Shown piece by piece: positions 37,518 to 46,133 of a DNA stretch of 54,094 nt (position 1 is its first letter; every line of letters begins with the position of its first letter). Source of the stretch: an uncultured archaeon. GTDB lineage: Archaea; Iainarchaeota; Iainarchaeia; Iainarchaeales; Iainarchaeaceae. The notes under the pieces were generated by a model. That model was not told the origin of the DNA, ran no database searches, and saw only the letters and a program-made list of their open reading frames with translations. The DNA is taken from contig CABMIU010000025.1 of the NCBI GenBank assembly GCA_902386385.1, positions 1 to 54,094 of the forward strand, written 5' to 3'. Both the position numbers and the translations under genes were made by a program.

Positions 37518-38273
37518 ATGGTTCGGATGAAAATCAACTGGAAGGCCGCTGCCTCCCTCGCTATCGCCATTCTTTTATGGGCCGCAATCTCAGATGTTGG
37601 GATAGTGCAGAAGAGCCTTTTTCCCGGGCCGGAAAAGGTACTTGATGCCGCCATTGAATGGTGCGCTGGAGGAAGGATGGCAGAAGATGTTTTCAGCAGC
37701 CTTTGGAGAATAACTGCAGGTATAATAATCGGCTCTGTCATTGGCGTGGGCGCCGGCCTACTTACAGGCAGGATTGTCTTGTTGGAGGAATCTGTTGGCC
37801 CTCTTTTTCACATGCTAAGGGCTTTCCCGCCAGTTGCAATGGTCCCGCTGGTCATCTTGTGGTTCGGGATAGGCGACACAGCAAAAGTGTTCTCAATATC
37901 TTTTGCAGTATTTTTCACTGCATGGCTGAGCGCATTAATCGGCACAAAAGCCATTAATTCCGACTACATTAAAACCGCTAAGGTTTTCTCCAAATCCGCA
38001 AAGGAAACATATGAAAAAGTCATTTTCCCGGCAATTGTCCCTTTCATTGTGAATGGTATAAGGGTCTGGATAGGAACTACTTACACTCTTGTTTTTGTCA
38101 GCGAAATGGCCGGCGCATCTTCGGGAATAGGCTACCAGATTGCAATCTCGCAGATAACTTACCGCGCTGACATGATGATTGCCGGACTCCTTGTGCTTGG
38201 AATCCTAGCTTATTCTACAGACTTCTTTTTCGTGGCTCTTTCAAGAAGGGTTTTCCACTGGGCTGATTTGTAA
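37518..38273 (+). CDS. ABC transporter permease (NitT/TauT family)
   Basis: It is a polytopic protein with an EAA-like loop (..FVSEMAGASSGIGYQI..). The ORF opens at 37500 (TTG). Confidence 0.85.
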   Translation: MVRMKINWKAAASLAIAILLWAAISDVGIVQKSLFPGPEKVLDAAIEWCAGGRMAEDVFSSLWRITAGIIIGSVIGVGAGLLTGRIVLLEESVGPLFHMLRAFPPVAMVPLVILWFGIGDTAKVFSISFAVFFTAWLSALIGTKAINSDYIKTAKVFSKSAKETYEKVIFPAIVPFIVNGIRVWIGTTYTLVFVSEMAGASSGIGYQIAISQITYRADMMIAGLLVLGILAYSTDFFFVALSRRVFHWADL

Positions 38274-38959
38274 TGGCAAAAGAGCATGTTTCAGTAAAGG
38301 GGCTCGCAGTGGAATTTAACGAACGGGTCCTTGAGGATGTGTTCCTGCAAATGAGGAAAGGGGAATTCGTATCAATTGTCGGTAAAAGCGGCTCAGGAAA
38401 AACGACTTTCCTTAACGCGCTCGCAGGATTGGTTCCTGTAAAAGGTGAAATAAGGAGGCCTAAACAACTGGCAATGGTTTTCCAGAACTACTCGCTTTTC
38501 CCGTGGATGAATATAAAAGAAAATATAGCATTCGGGCTGAAAGAAAATGATGAAAAAAAAGCGCAGGAAATAATTGAGAAAATAGGCCTGTGTGGGAAGG
38601 AATATTTTTACCCGAAGCAGCTTTCAGGCGGGCAGCAGCAAAGAGTCGCAATAGGGAGGGCAATTGCTGCAAAACCGGAGCTGATTCTGCTTGACGAGCC
38701 ATTTGCAAACCTCGACAGCTTCTCAAGGATGCAGATGCAGGACTGGCTGAACGGAATCGCGAATGAAAGCAAAACCACGACAATACTCGTGACTCATGAT
38801 GTTGACGAGGCAATACTGCTGAGCGACAGGGTGTTCGTTCTGAAAGACAAATCCCTACAGCAGGAATTCACAATCCCATTCACAAAGCCAAGGAAAAATG
38901 AGATAAGATACGACCAGCTTTTCCAGGAACTGAAAAAAGAAATAATAAAGTCCATTTGA
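38273..38959 (+). CDS. ABC transporter ATP-binding protein
   Basis: It has Walker A (GKSGSGKTT), the signature LSGGQQQRV and Walker B (LILLDEP). Its start overlaps the permease stop. Confidence 0.9.
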   Translation: MAKEHVSVKGLAVEFNERVLEDVFLQMRKGEFVSIVGKSGSGKTTFLNALAGLVPVKGEIRRPKQLAMVFQNYSLFPWMNIKENIAFGLKENDEKKAQEIIEKIGLCGKEYFYPKQLSGGQQQRVAIGRAIAAKPELILLDEPFANLDSFSRMQMQDWLNGIANESKTTTILVTHDVDEAILLSDRVFVLKDKSLQQEFTIPFTKPRKNEIRYDQLFQELKKEIIKSI

Positions 38960-38975
38960 AAATGCATTGCCAAAA

Positions 38976-39422
38976 TTACTTCCTGATGTCCTCTAAAGAA
39001 ATGTCTTCCACGCACTCCATAATCTCAAGCACCTTTATTTTCATGAGGTGCCGCGGGTCCCCTCCTCCGCATACCACTTCATCCTTCTCCGAAACAGCCT
39101 TGTCCATTATTGTCTTGATACCGTAAATTGAAATCGGGGGCACGCCGCCGATTTCATAACCGGTGATTTCAATAACTTCCTTGGGCTGGCAGAGGCGCAC
39201 ATCCGCAACACCGAGGATTTTTTTTATTTTCGCGAAGTCGGCCCTGTCCTTGCCGAGCATGATTACGAGCAGGGGGCTTTGGTTCGAGTCAATTAGCACA
39301 ATTGATTTTGCCACTGCTTCCTCGTCCCCAGTGAATTTCATGGCCTTTGCAGCTGTGTGGGCATCATCACAGGGGAAAATAGTCGCGGAAAGCCTGTTGA
39401 CCTTGATAAAGTCATCGAGCAT
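38976..39422 (-). CDS. YbaK/ProX-type aminoacyl-tRNA deacylase domain protein
   Basis: 148 aa with ..KSIVLIDSNQSPLLVIMLGKDRADFAKIKK.. and ..GYEIGGVPPI... Confidence 0.75.
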   Translation of the reverse strand: MLDDFIKVNRLSATIFPCDDAHTAAKAMKFTGDEEAVAKSIVLIDSNQSPLLVIMLGKDRADFAKIKKILGVADVRLCQPKEVIEITGYEIGGVPPISIYGIKTIMDKAVSEKDEVVCGGGDPRHLMKIKVLEIMECVEDISLEDIRK

Positions 39423-39493
39423 GGAAAAAAGCCCCAGAAAACCAATTTTGACCTGTGTGTTGAAACCATGGCTTTGGCCTTAATCCGGGTTTT

Positions 39494-39850
39494 TTACCCT
39501 ACCATTTTTCCCGGGTGGTTTTCCCTCGCGAAAGCCTCTTCCGCACTGCCGGGCTTCCTCTTCTGGCCGAGGTAATCCTTCATCTTCTGCCAGAGCTTTT
39601 TGCCCTTCGCCTCGCTAAGGATTGCGGAAACCTCGTGCTTCGGAACCGGGGCGCCGCCTACTGCCACGGGCGAGTAATCAACAATAACAATGTCATTCGG
39701 CTTTACGGCTTTTGCTATTTCAGGCGAAACCGAGAAAATAATCATGTTCTCGTCCCACATCTCGACCAGCGCATGCGTCGAGGCAGAGCTGAACTTCGAG
39801 CCTTTCTCCTCCGGAGACATTACTTCAAGAACCTTTGCGACATGATACAA
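39494..39850 (-). CDS. Hypothetical protein
   Basis: 118-aa ORF with protein-like composition and no recognised motif. Confidence 0.4.
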   Translation of the reverse strand: MYHVAKVLEVMSPEEKGSKFSSASTHALVEMWDENMIIFSVSPEIAKAVKPNDIVIVDYSPVAVGGAPVPKHEVSAILSEAKGKKLWQKMKDYLGQKRKPGSAEEAFARENHPGKMVG

Positions 39851-39950
39851 GCGACCACCGACAATAGATGTAAACCGACATTAATTTATTATAGAAAGTC
39901 AGCCAAGCCTGAAGCCACACAAAAATTATTTTGGGCGCAGCATGAAAAAT

Positions 39951-40334
39951 TTAATGCCTCACCTTCAGTTTTTCTTTGGCAACCCTAACCAGCCTTTCCA
40001 TCTCTGCCAAACGTGCATGCGCTTCTACAAGCTCTACAAGATGGCCTACAGTATAAGTCTCAACCGATTCAAGTTGGCTAATTCTTTCCTGAATCTGCTT
40101 AATCATGCGCTCCCCGGCATAGTGCCGCAAGCCCAAAGGAGCCTTTTCATAAAGCACTCTCATCTTGTCAAATTCAACTGTTTTTCTGCTCATGAGCGCG
40201 TCAATTTCTGAAAAAAAATTTGGGGCGTCTTTAGGCGCCAAATGCACGAGCTTTTTTCTGCCCCTTGACAAAGCCAAAACAGCGGCCCTGTGCGGAAGGC
40301 CCCTTTTGCGCAGAGTATGTTTTATTCTTGCCAT
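39951..40334 (-). CDS. Hypothetical basic, coiled-coil protein
   Basis: The start was set at the ATG at 40334 (MARIKHTLRKRGLPHR..). A TATA-like TTATATAC lies upstream on the minus strand. Confidence 0.4.
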   Translation of the reverse strand: MARIKHTLRKRGLPHRAAVLALSRGRKKLVHLAPKDAPNFFSEIDALMSRKTVEFDKMRVLYEKAPLGLRHYAGERMIKQIQERISQLESVETYTVGHLVELVEAHARLAEMERLVRVAKEKLKVRH

Positions 40335-40470
40335 GATTCTCAAGTAACTTGGCTTCAAGAAAACACCATTTAGATTAGGCAAAACTAGTATATAATCAAT
40401 ACTCAATTCTGAGCATCGCGGACTAAAGCCCGCGGGACAGGAGATTTAAAAAAAAATGAAAAAGAAGCGG

Positions 40471-41646
40471 CTACTTCAAGCCGGCTTCCTTCGCTGCCTT
40501 TTTCAGTTCCTCGGCCTTGTCGGCCTTTTCCCATGTGAAGTCTGGGTCATCCCTCCCGAAGTGGCCATAGGAAGCGGTTTTCCTGAAGATAGGCCTCTTG
40601 AGATTCAGGTGCTTTATTATCTGGCTGGGCCTGAAGTCAAATACCCTCTGAACGATTTCCTCTAGCTTCTCGTCAGGCAATTTCCCCGTTCCGAAGGTGT
40701 TCACATAAACCGAAACAGGCTTCGAGATTCCGATTGCATAGGCGACCTGTATCTCGCACCGGTCAGCGAGCCCTGCTGCCACGATGTTCTTTGCGACGTA
40801 GCGCCCGAAGTATGCGGCGCTCCTGTCAACCTTGCTCGGGTCCTTCCCTGAAAAGGATCCCCCGCCGTGGTGCCCCACGCCCCCATAGGTGTCAACGATT
40901 ATTTTCCTTCCAGTGAGGCCTGAATCGCCCACAGGGCCGCCGATGACGAACCTTCCTGTCGGGTTAATGAAATATTTTGTGCCCTTGTCGAGCCACTTGC
41001 CGCAGACAGGCTTGACTATTTTTTCAATCACGGTTTTCTCAATCTCATCATGCTCAACTTCAGGGCCGTGCTGTGTGCTTATCACGACCGCATCAACCCT
41101 CTTCGGGACGCCGTCAGCGTATTCAACAGTAACCTGGCTCTTGCCGTCAGGCCTGAGCCACTTGATTTCGCCCTTCTTCCTGGCTTCCGCGAGCCTCATC
41201 GTGAGCCTGTGCGCGAGAGTTATTGAAAGGGGCATCATTTCAGGGGTTTCGTTTGTAGCGTAGCCGAACATCATTCCCTGGTCTCCGGCCCCCTGCTCCT
41301 TGTCGATGCCGGAGCCTTCGTTCACGCCTAGAGCGATGTCGCCACTCTGCTCCGAAAGCGAAATCAGCACCGAGCAGGCGTCCGCATCAAAGCCGTACTC
41401 AGGGTTCGCATACCCTATTTCCCTCACTGTTTCCCTCACCGTTTTCTGGATGTCGACGTAAGTCTTTGTCGTCACCTCGCCTATCACAAGTATAAGGCCT
41501 GTTTTTGTCGAGCACTCGACGGCAACCCTCGAATTCGGGTCGCCTTCAAGCATCTTGTCGAGTATTGCGTCAGCCACCTGGTCACACAACTTGTCGGGAT
41601 GCCCTTCAGTTACTGATTCAGACGTGAAAAAATACTTCCTTGCCAT
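40471..41646 (-). CDS. metK: S-adenosylmethionine synthetase, bacterial/eukaryotic type
   Basis: [30 protein letters not shown].., ..[12 protein letters not shown].. and ..[19 protein letters not shown]... The protein ends ..EAGLK followed by TAG. Confidence 0.95.
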   Translation of the reverse strand: MARKYFFTSESVTEGHPDKLCDQVADAILDKMLEGDPNSRVAVECSTKTGLILVIGEVTTKTYVDIQKTVRETVREIGYANPEYGFDADACSVLISLSEQSGDIALGVNEGSGIDKEQGAGDQGMMFGYATNETPEMMPLSITLAHRLTMRLAEARKKGEIKWLRPDGKSQVTVEYADGVPKRVDAVVISTQHGPEVEHDEIEKTVIEKIVKPVCGKWLDKGTKYFINPTGRFVIGGPVGDSGLTGRKIIVDTYGGVGHHGGGSFSGKDPSKVDRSAAYFGRYVAKNIVAAGLADRCEIQVAYAIGISKPVSVYVNTFGTGKLPDEKLEEIVQRVFDFRPSQIIKHLNLKRPIFRKTASYGHFGRDDPDFTWEKADKAEELKKAAKEAGLK

Positions 41647-41749
41647 GAACAATACCTCCGAAAAAACTGCTTTCTATAAAGCAAGGCGGAAAGGTTAATA
41701 ATAATTACTGCTTTATATATTCCTATAAGAATATAGCGATTCCGGCTGC

Positions 41750-42394
41750 ATGGATTCTGGCTGCAAAACTGCCAATGCCGGAAAAAGCCAACTCAAAAAA
41801 AAGGTGATGGCAATGCTCCCTGAGCTTTCAGAGATCCCGGTGAAGAGGCGGCGACTCGGCCTAACGCAGGCGCAGCTCTCGGAAAAGGCAGGGGTGAGCC
41901 AGTCCCTCATAGCGAAGATTGAAGGCGGGAAAGCCATGCCTTCATATGACAACGCGAAGAGGATTTTCGGCTTCTTCGAGGCTGCGAGCATGCAGAGCCT
42001 GCTTAAGGCGAGCGATTTCATGACCTCAAAAGTCATTTTCATAGGGCCGGACATGACCCTGAAGGAAGCGGCGCGCTGCATGAAGAAGGCCTCTGTCTCA
42101 CAGCTGCCTGTGTTAGAGGACGGCAGGAATGTCGGCACGATCTCCGAAAAAATCGTCCTGGATGCGCTGAACAGCGCAAAGGACATGAAGGACGTGAAGG
42201 AAATCAAGGTCAGCGAAGTTATGGCAGAGGCAATGCCCGTTGTAAGGGAAGACACGCCTTTCAAGGCAGTGAGCGCCCTGCTTGAGCTGAATTCCGGAGT
42301 CCTCGTGGCGAGGAAGGGAAAAACCGCCGGGATAATCACTAAGGCGGACCTGCTCAACGCAGTGCTCGAGAAGGGCAATGAAACAAAAGCCTGA
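41750..42394 (+). CDS. XRE-type HTH plus CBS-pair domain protein
   Basis: It contains ..RRRLGLTQAQLSEKAGVSQSLIAKIEGG.. followed by two CBS-like motifs (..VSQLPVLEDGRNVGTISE.. and ..VLVARKGKTAGIITKADL..). A TATA-like CTTTATATATTCC lies around 41712-41724. Confidence 0.75.
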   Translation: MDSGCKTANAGKSQLKKKVMAMLPELSEIPVKRRRLGLTQAQLSEKAGVSQSLIAKIEGGKAMPSYDNAKRIFGFFEAASMQSLLKASDFMTSKVIFIGPDMTLKEAARCMKKASVSQLPVLEDGRNVGTISEKIVLDALNSAKDMKDVKEIKVSEVMAEAMPVVREDTPFKAVSALLELNSGVLVARKGKTAGIITKADLLNAVLEKGNETKA

Positions 42395-42512
42395 TTTTCG
42401 CCCAAAAAAGCCTACAATAAAACCACTTATTTTGCCTATTTGACACAGTTTAAGCCACTTTAAGCCGAAAATGACTCTTAGCTCGCCGAAACAATACTAT
42501 TAAATATTCTGA

Positions 42513-45197
42513 ATGTCACTATATAATAGTAATGAATTAATTTTGGGGGTTGCTTTAATGTCTTCCAGTTTTTTGTATAAGGGATTGCTTTCGGGCAAGG
42601 CTTTTTCAGTGGCATTGATTGCCTTTTTCATGGCTTTTTTCTGCTTCCCTGTTTTTGGGGATAGCCCTGCATTCAGCACAATACCGGAGTTGAGAGTAAG
42701 CCAGACTGCTGGCCCGACAATCAACGCGGTTGACCTCTGGCAATATGCCTCTGATGCCGAAGACACGGATGCAAACCTCACTTTTTCCATGAGCCAGAGC
42801 GACAGCACCCTGATTAATTGCTATATCCAGAATGATGCATCTTCAAAAAATCGCTACATAGGATGCTCCAGCCCTTCACCCGGCAGGACAGGCATAAACA
42901 CGATTACCGCCAGGGCAATTGACACAAACGGGCAAAGCGCAACTGCAACTTTCAATGCCGTGATTTTCGCTGACGTGAACCCGAACACTAGCCCTGCAAT
43001 TTCAGGCCTGCCGGACCTCGCATTCCGGGATGATGTGGGAACACAGGCAAGACTTATCGACCTTCACAATTATGCAAGCGATTCCCAGTCGCCAAAGGAG
43101 CAGCTAACCTTCACCAGGGCACAGTCAAACCCCGGACTCATAAATTGCTTCATTGAAGGCGGCCGCTATTTCAGCTGCGATGCCCCGCAAAGGAACGGAA
43201 GCGGGACAAGCACAATAACGATAGAAGCAAGGGACCCGCAGGGAGCGACAGCAAGCGACTCATTCACGGTGACAATCTACAGGAGCGGGCACTACGGCGA
43301 TTATTACAATGGAGATTACTACGACAACCACTATTACGATGATTATTACGGGAATGGCAGTGCGCCTTCGCTCAGCGGCCTGCCGGATATAAGCATCGGC
43401 ATGAACGCGAGATACAGGTCAGGACTAATCGACCTCTGGGCAAATGCATACGACAGCGAGGACAACCCGGAAGACCTGCGGTACACTGTTGAAAGCCAGT
43501 CTAACACCTCGCTCATTTTCTGCAGGATAACTGACAACCGCTACTTCGAGTGCGAAGCCCCTGCAAGGGACCGCGAAGGCATCAGCGAAGTCACGATAAT
43601 GGCCAGGGACAGGAGCAACCGGACAGATTCCGAAACAATAGAAGTGCGCGTGGGCGACAACGGCGGAAATTACGGAAGCTGCGCGAATCTGGACGTGTCA
43701 ACAAGGACAATATACATGTCAGGCAACGAAACAAAGAGGGTTTCATTCGACGTACACAACAACGCCAGAAGGGACATGAGGATACGCAACGTCGAAGTTT
43801 CGGGGGACAACAGCCCTTATTTCAGTGCAAGGCTGGTTGACTATGACTCATATATAAATTCAGGGAGCTATGGCAACATTGAAATGGAACTCAGCTCAAA
43901 CAATTACAGCGGCTATCGCGAGGCGACTGTTTACATCGATATAAGCGGAGAAAGCGCGAGCACGAGCGGCTCATATTACAATGATTACTACAATGACTAT
44001 GGCCATTACAACGGAAGCTACTGCAGCAACGGCACGAGGACGGAATCGTTCAAAGTAGTGATTTCCGGATACAGCTCAGGCTCTTACGGCACATGCGGCG
44101 AAACAAGGCTCAGCGCATCAGACATCGAAGTGCCTGAAAAATCGAGGCAGGAACAGCGCGTCACGATAAGGAACAACAGCTACCGCGATTTCCAGGTTGA
44201 CACAGTCATAGTGAACGAGTCCAACATATATTTCAGCGCCTCGGTCGACAGCAGGCCTTCAGTCGTCCCCGCCAACGGCAGTGCCGACATAATCCTTTCA
44301 ATAAATTCAGATGCAGTTAGCGGCAACAAAAGCGGCAATGTAAACGTGAGCGTTGCGGGAAGGTACAGCAACGGCAATTACTGCTCAACCGCAGCGATAT
44401 ACCGCGACTTCAAAGTGACGGTGAAAGACACCTCTGCAGGCTACGGAAGCGGTTACGGGACAGGAAACGATGGCCAGGCTGCGGAAGACATAGACATTTC
44501 ATTCTCCGATTCATTTGTACAACTCGAGCAGGGCCAGTCAAAGAACGTGAAGGCGGCAATAACAAACAACACTTACTCCAGGAAATGTATCGGCCTCGAA
44601 GTGACGGGCGGCAGGGCATTCGATGCAAGCATTTCAAAAACCAATGCCTGCATTGACGCAGGCACAAGCATGGATGCCACAATCACGATAAAGGCAAATA
44701 CCCCTGGCTCAGGAAGCGCAGAACTGAAGGCAGCCTACGGAAACGCCTCGAAATCTAAATTCATTTCGGTAGAGGTCAGGGAAAGCCAGGCAAAGCTGGA
44801 TTTCGCGGTAACCTCAAAGGAATCGCAGGAAGGGAAGGCAACCCTCATCGTGGAGAACACCGGAAGCGACCTTACAAACGCGAAAATAACGGTTGAAAGC
44901 CCGGACAGCAGGGTGCAGTTTGAAGACGTTATAAAAGGATTCTGGAAGAATGGCGAGCAGGTCACTATAGAGGGAAAGGCATACGGCAACGCAATTGTAA
45001 CAGGCAATGTGAAAGTCTCAAGCGCCCTTGGCGACAAATCCGCCCCGTTCGAGCTTGAAATCAAGGGACAGGGCCAGGACATTAATGCGGGCCAGACAGG
45101 CCTTGCCGGCCTCGCAACAACAGCGGCAATGGCTGTTGCCCTTGTCGCAATACTCGGCCTCGCAGTAGTCGGCATAATGTCAATCATAGGCAGATAG
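42513..45197 (+). CDS. Large secreted surface protein with three ~95-aa Cys-containing Ig/cadherin-like repeats, Tyr-rich linkers, beta-sandwich repeats and a C-terminal anchor
   Basis: 894 aa. A signal-like segment (..VALIAFFMAFFCFPVFG..) is followed by the repeats ..DLWQYASDAEDTDANLTF.., ..DLHNYASDSQSPKEQLTF.. and ..DLWANAYDSEDNPEDLRY... The protein ends in a C-terminal TM helix. The start may be the ATG at 42558. Confidence 0.75.
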   Translation: MSLYNSNELILGVALMSSSFLYKGLLSGKAFSVALIAFFMAFFCFPVFGDSPAFSTIPELRVSQTAGPTINAVDLWQYASDAEDTDANLTFSMSQSDSTLINCYIQNDASSKNRYIGCSSPSPGRTGINTITARAIDTNGQSATATFNAVIFADVNPNTSPAISGLPDLAFRDDVGTQARLIDLHNYASDSQSPKEQLTFTRAQSNPGLINCFIEGGRYFSCDAPQRNGSGTSTITIEARDPQGATASDSFTVTIYRSGHYGDYYNGDYYDNHYYDDYYGNGSAPSLSGLPDISIGMNARYRSGLIDLWANAYDSEDNPEDLRYTVESQSNTSLIFCRITDNRYFECEAPARDREGISEVTIMARDRSNRTDSETIEVRVGDNGGNYGSCANLDVSTRTIYMSGNETKRVSFDVHNNARRDMRIRNVEVSGDNSPYFSARLVDYDSYINSGSYGNIEMELSSNNYSGYREATVYIDISGESASTSGSYYNDYYNDYGHYNGSYCSNGTRTESFKVVISGYSSGSYGTCGETRLSASDIEVPEKSRQEQRVTIRNNSYRDFQVDTVIVNESNIYFSASVDSRPSVVPANGSADIILSINSDAVSGNKSGNVNVSVAGRYSNGNYCSTAAIYRDFKVTVKDTSAGYGSGYGTGNDGQAAEDIDISFSDSFVQLEQGQSKNVKAAITNNTYSRKCIGLEVTGGRAFDASISKTNACIDAGTSMDATITIKANTPGSGSAELKAAYGNASKSKFISVEVRESQAKLDFAVTSKESQEGKATLIVENTGSDLTNAKITVESPDSRVQFEDVIKGFWKNGEQVTIEGKAYGNAIVTGNVKVSSALGDKSAPFELEIKGQGQDINAGQTGLAGLATTAAMAVALVAILGLAVVGIMSIIGR

Positions 45198-45269
45198 GGG
45201 CAGTAAAAGCATGGAGCCTGAACCGGAAAAACCGGCAAACCCACCTCCAAGGCCTGAAGCGAAAAAAAT

Positions 45270-46133
45270 GTGAAGCATATGCAACCGAAAATGAAAACAT
45301 GGATGGCAGTAATATTCGCGGCCCTGATGCCGTGCCTTGCATCGGCATTCGTGGAAGGGCAGTCATACATCAGCATAGGCGAGACGCCTTATGATTACGC
45401 ATTCACTGTCGAAAACGCCTCAAGCCAGAAGAAAGCGCTGGAGGTTTCATTCTCAATGCCCGTAAAATACGAGGCCAATGATGTGCCACAGTGGGTAATG
45501 CCGGATTCAAAGGAAGAAGTCAAAATCCGCATTTTCCCTGAAACCGGCTTTGAAGGCACAACCTACGCCGCAAAAATCAGCATAAGCCTCGGCGGGGATG
45601 TTGCAGAGAAAACACTCAACATCACTTTTGCAAATGAGAACGGCTGTCCCGTCACCGCGAAAATAACCGGCACGACAAGCGGCAATAACGGCAAAAATAC
45701 AGCATCATTTGAATTCATGAACAAGTCATACAAGCCAAAAGAAGTCAAAATATCCGGTGTCGCGGCAGGCGGCTTCGAGACCACCGGAGCACAGGAAAAA
45801 CTAGCCCTCGGGCCTTTCGAAACAAGGCCTTTCGAGGCAATACTTGAAGGCGACAAAAGCTATGAAGGCATGGCTGAATTCACCCTTGAATGCGCGGGCT
45901 CTGCCGAAAAGGCGAAGGCGATTGGGAAGGTCAAGCTCGAAGGCAAAGCGGGCTTCATTGCAAGCGGGCTTGCATTGCTCTCCGGGATAGGCAACGCGTC
46001 AGGCGGGGCCGCAAAAGGAAATCCAGGGCTTGTCGAAACCACGGTTGACGTTTTCCTCGCCGCAATTGCGGCAATACTTCTCATAGCGTTCATAGCAAGG
46101 CTGGTTAAGTTCACGAAAAAAGGGGTGCAGTGA
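45270..46133 (+). CDS. Secreted protein with a C-terminal anchor
   Basis: 287 aa with a signal peptide (..MAVIFAALMPCLASAFVEG..) and a C-terminal helix followed by KFTKKGVQ. The stop overlaps the next gene's start (GTGATG). Confidence 0.6.
   Translation: MKHMQPKMKTWMAVIFAALMPCLASAFVEGQSYISIGETPYDYAFTVENASSQKKALEVSFSMPVKYEANDVPQWVMPDSKEEVKIRIFPETGFEGTTYAAKISISLGGDVAEKTLNITFANENGCPVTAKITGTTSGNNGKNTASFEFMNKSYKPKEVKISGVAAGGFETTGAQEKLALGPFETRPFEAILEGDKSYEGMAEFTLECAGSAEKAKAIGKVKLEGKAGFIASGLALLSGIGNASGGAAKGNPGLVETTVDVFLAAIAAILLIAFIARLVKFTKKGVQ

Noticed and set aside
43288-43356. The Tyr-rich tract as a DNA microsatellite or assembly artefact
   Set aside because: The codons vary (tac/tat, gac/gat, aac/aat) and no perfect nucleotide period is present. 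The reading frame is maintained into well-formed downstream domains.
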